A DNA stretch of 63,605 nucleotides, counting the filler. It is 5 parts of 5 records of this genome, joined end to end, with 100 filler letters (N's around TTAATTAATTAA, not from the genome) between each part and the next. Parts side by side here need not be neighbours in the genome. Positions count along the whole stretch, not along the records: positions 45,967 to 63,605 come from DRR723986_9934; 4 more parts are not named here. One strand, 5' to 3'. Below the pieces are notes generated by a model. That model made no database searches and had not been told where the DNA came from. It was given only the letters and a program-made list of their open reading frames with translations. A program made the translations under genes and the position numbers. The stretch's first letter is position 1. Each line of letters opens with the position of its first letter. Shown in pieces: positions 62,822-63,605 of this stretch.

Positions 62822-63605
62822 TTATGCCACGTCGTCTTCGTAGTCCGACATTGGTGGGCAGGTGCAGATCAGGTTCCGGTCACCATAGGCGTTATCGACC
62901 CGGTTCACCGGAGACCAATATTTGTCCACGCCCAAGCTGCCTGCTGGGAAGCACGCCTGTTCGCGGGTGTAAGGACGATCCCAATCGCCAACCAGATCGC
63001 GCACGGTGTGAGGTGCGTTTCTCAGCGGGTTGTTTTCGGGGTCGATCTTGCCATCGATGATGTCCTGCGCCTCGGCCCGGATCGACAGCATCGCGTCGCA
63101 GAAACGATCCAGTTCAGCCTTGGGCTCGGATTCTGTTGGCTCTACCATCAGCGTCCCAGCAACCGGCCAAGACATGGTCGGAGCGTGGAAGCCGCTATCG
63201 ACCAGACGTTTGGCGATATCGTCAACAGAGACATGCGCTGCTGCATCCAACGGACGCGTATCAAGGATACATTCATGCGCAACACGACCGGTTTCAGACG
63301 TGTAGAGAATGTCATAGGCATCCTTAAGACGTGCCGCGATATAGTTGGCGTTCAAGATCGCAACTTTGGTCGCTTGGGTCAGACCCGCACCACCCATCAG
63401 CAGAACATAGGCCCAACTGACTGGCAGGATCGAAGGCGATCCAAACGGAGCCGCCGAAACCGGACCCACAGCTGTGCCGTATTCCGGGTGACCTGGCAGG
63501 TGCTCGGTCAGGTGTGCCTTAACACCGATCGGACCCATGCCGGGGCCGCCGCCGCCGTGTGGAATGCAGAACGTTTTGTGCAGGTTCAGGTGGCTGACGT
63601 CGCCG
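62822..63605 (-). CDS. gcvP: Glycine dehydrogenase (P protein), 5'-truncated
   Basis: [57 protein letters not shown]. Confidence 0.96.
   Translation of the reverse strand, partial: GDVSHLNLHKTFCIPHGGGGPGMGPIGVKAHLTEHLPGHPEYGTAVGPVSAAPFGSPSILPVSWAYVLLMGGAGLTQATKVAILNANYIAARLKDAYDILYTSETGRVAHECILDTRPLDAAAHVSVDDIAKRLVDSGFHAPTMSWPVAGTLMVEPTESEPKAELDRFCDAMLSIRAEAQDIIDGKIDPENNPLRNAPHTVRDLVGDWDRPYTREQACFPAGSLGVDKYWSPVNRVDNAYGDRNLICTCPPMSDYEDDVA

Noticed and set aside
1-63605. CRISPR arrays, tRNA/rRNA genes, transposases, phage or defence genes
   Set aside because: None recognised by eye. A covariance-model scan would be needed to exclude small RNAs.

Overview
The window is not one genome. It is five unrelated contigs joined by 100-nt spacers (N44-TTAATTAATTAA-N44). 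(1) 1-10191: Marinobacter-like housekeeping region (transglutaminase, holB, pilZ, hydrolases, prmB, aroC, MFS, LysR). (2) 10292-22048: a bacterium with an animal-type EF-hand/ankyrin glutaminase and a complete hisGDCBHAFIE operon. The operon has an unannotated, apparently leaderless His-rich attenuator peptide. Next to it is a three-part Cys-rich module: a SigZ-like ECF sigma, an unannotated 45-aa Cys/Glu-rich microprotein with its own promoter and terminator, and a Cys-tailed flavoprotein. The microprotein and flavoprotein share an identically spaced ECF-type promoter motif. This module is the best candidate for an undescribed metal/metalloid-response system. (3) 22149-27383: a eukaryotic fragment of one large spliced multi-EF-hand gene, including a GC-AG intron. 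(4) 27484-45866: planctomycete-like alternative complex III plus caa3 oxidase cluster with an ActD-ActE fusion and many His-rich tails. (5) 45967-63605: Rhodobacteraceae-like region with a PQQ alcohol dehydrogenase carrying the lanthanide DxD motif, a LuxR-RR/FIST/hybrid kinase set, aldehyde dehydrogenase, gamma-glutamylation genes, pqiAABC, an AraC regulator and gcvP. Taxonomic and family calls come from recognising motifs; no database searches were run.
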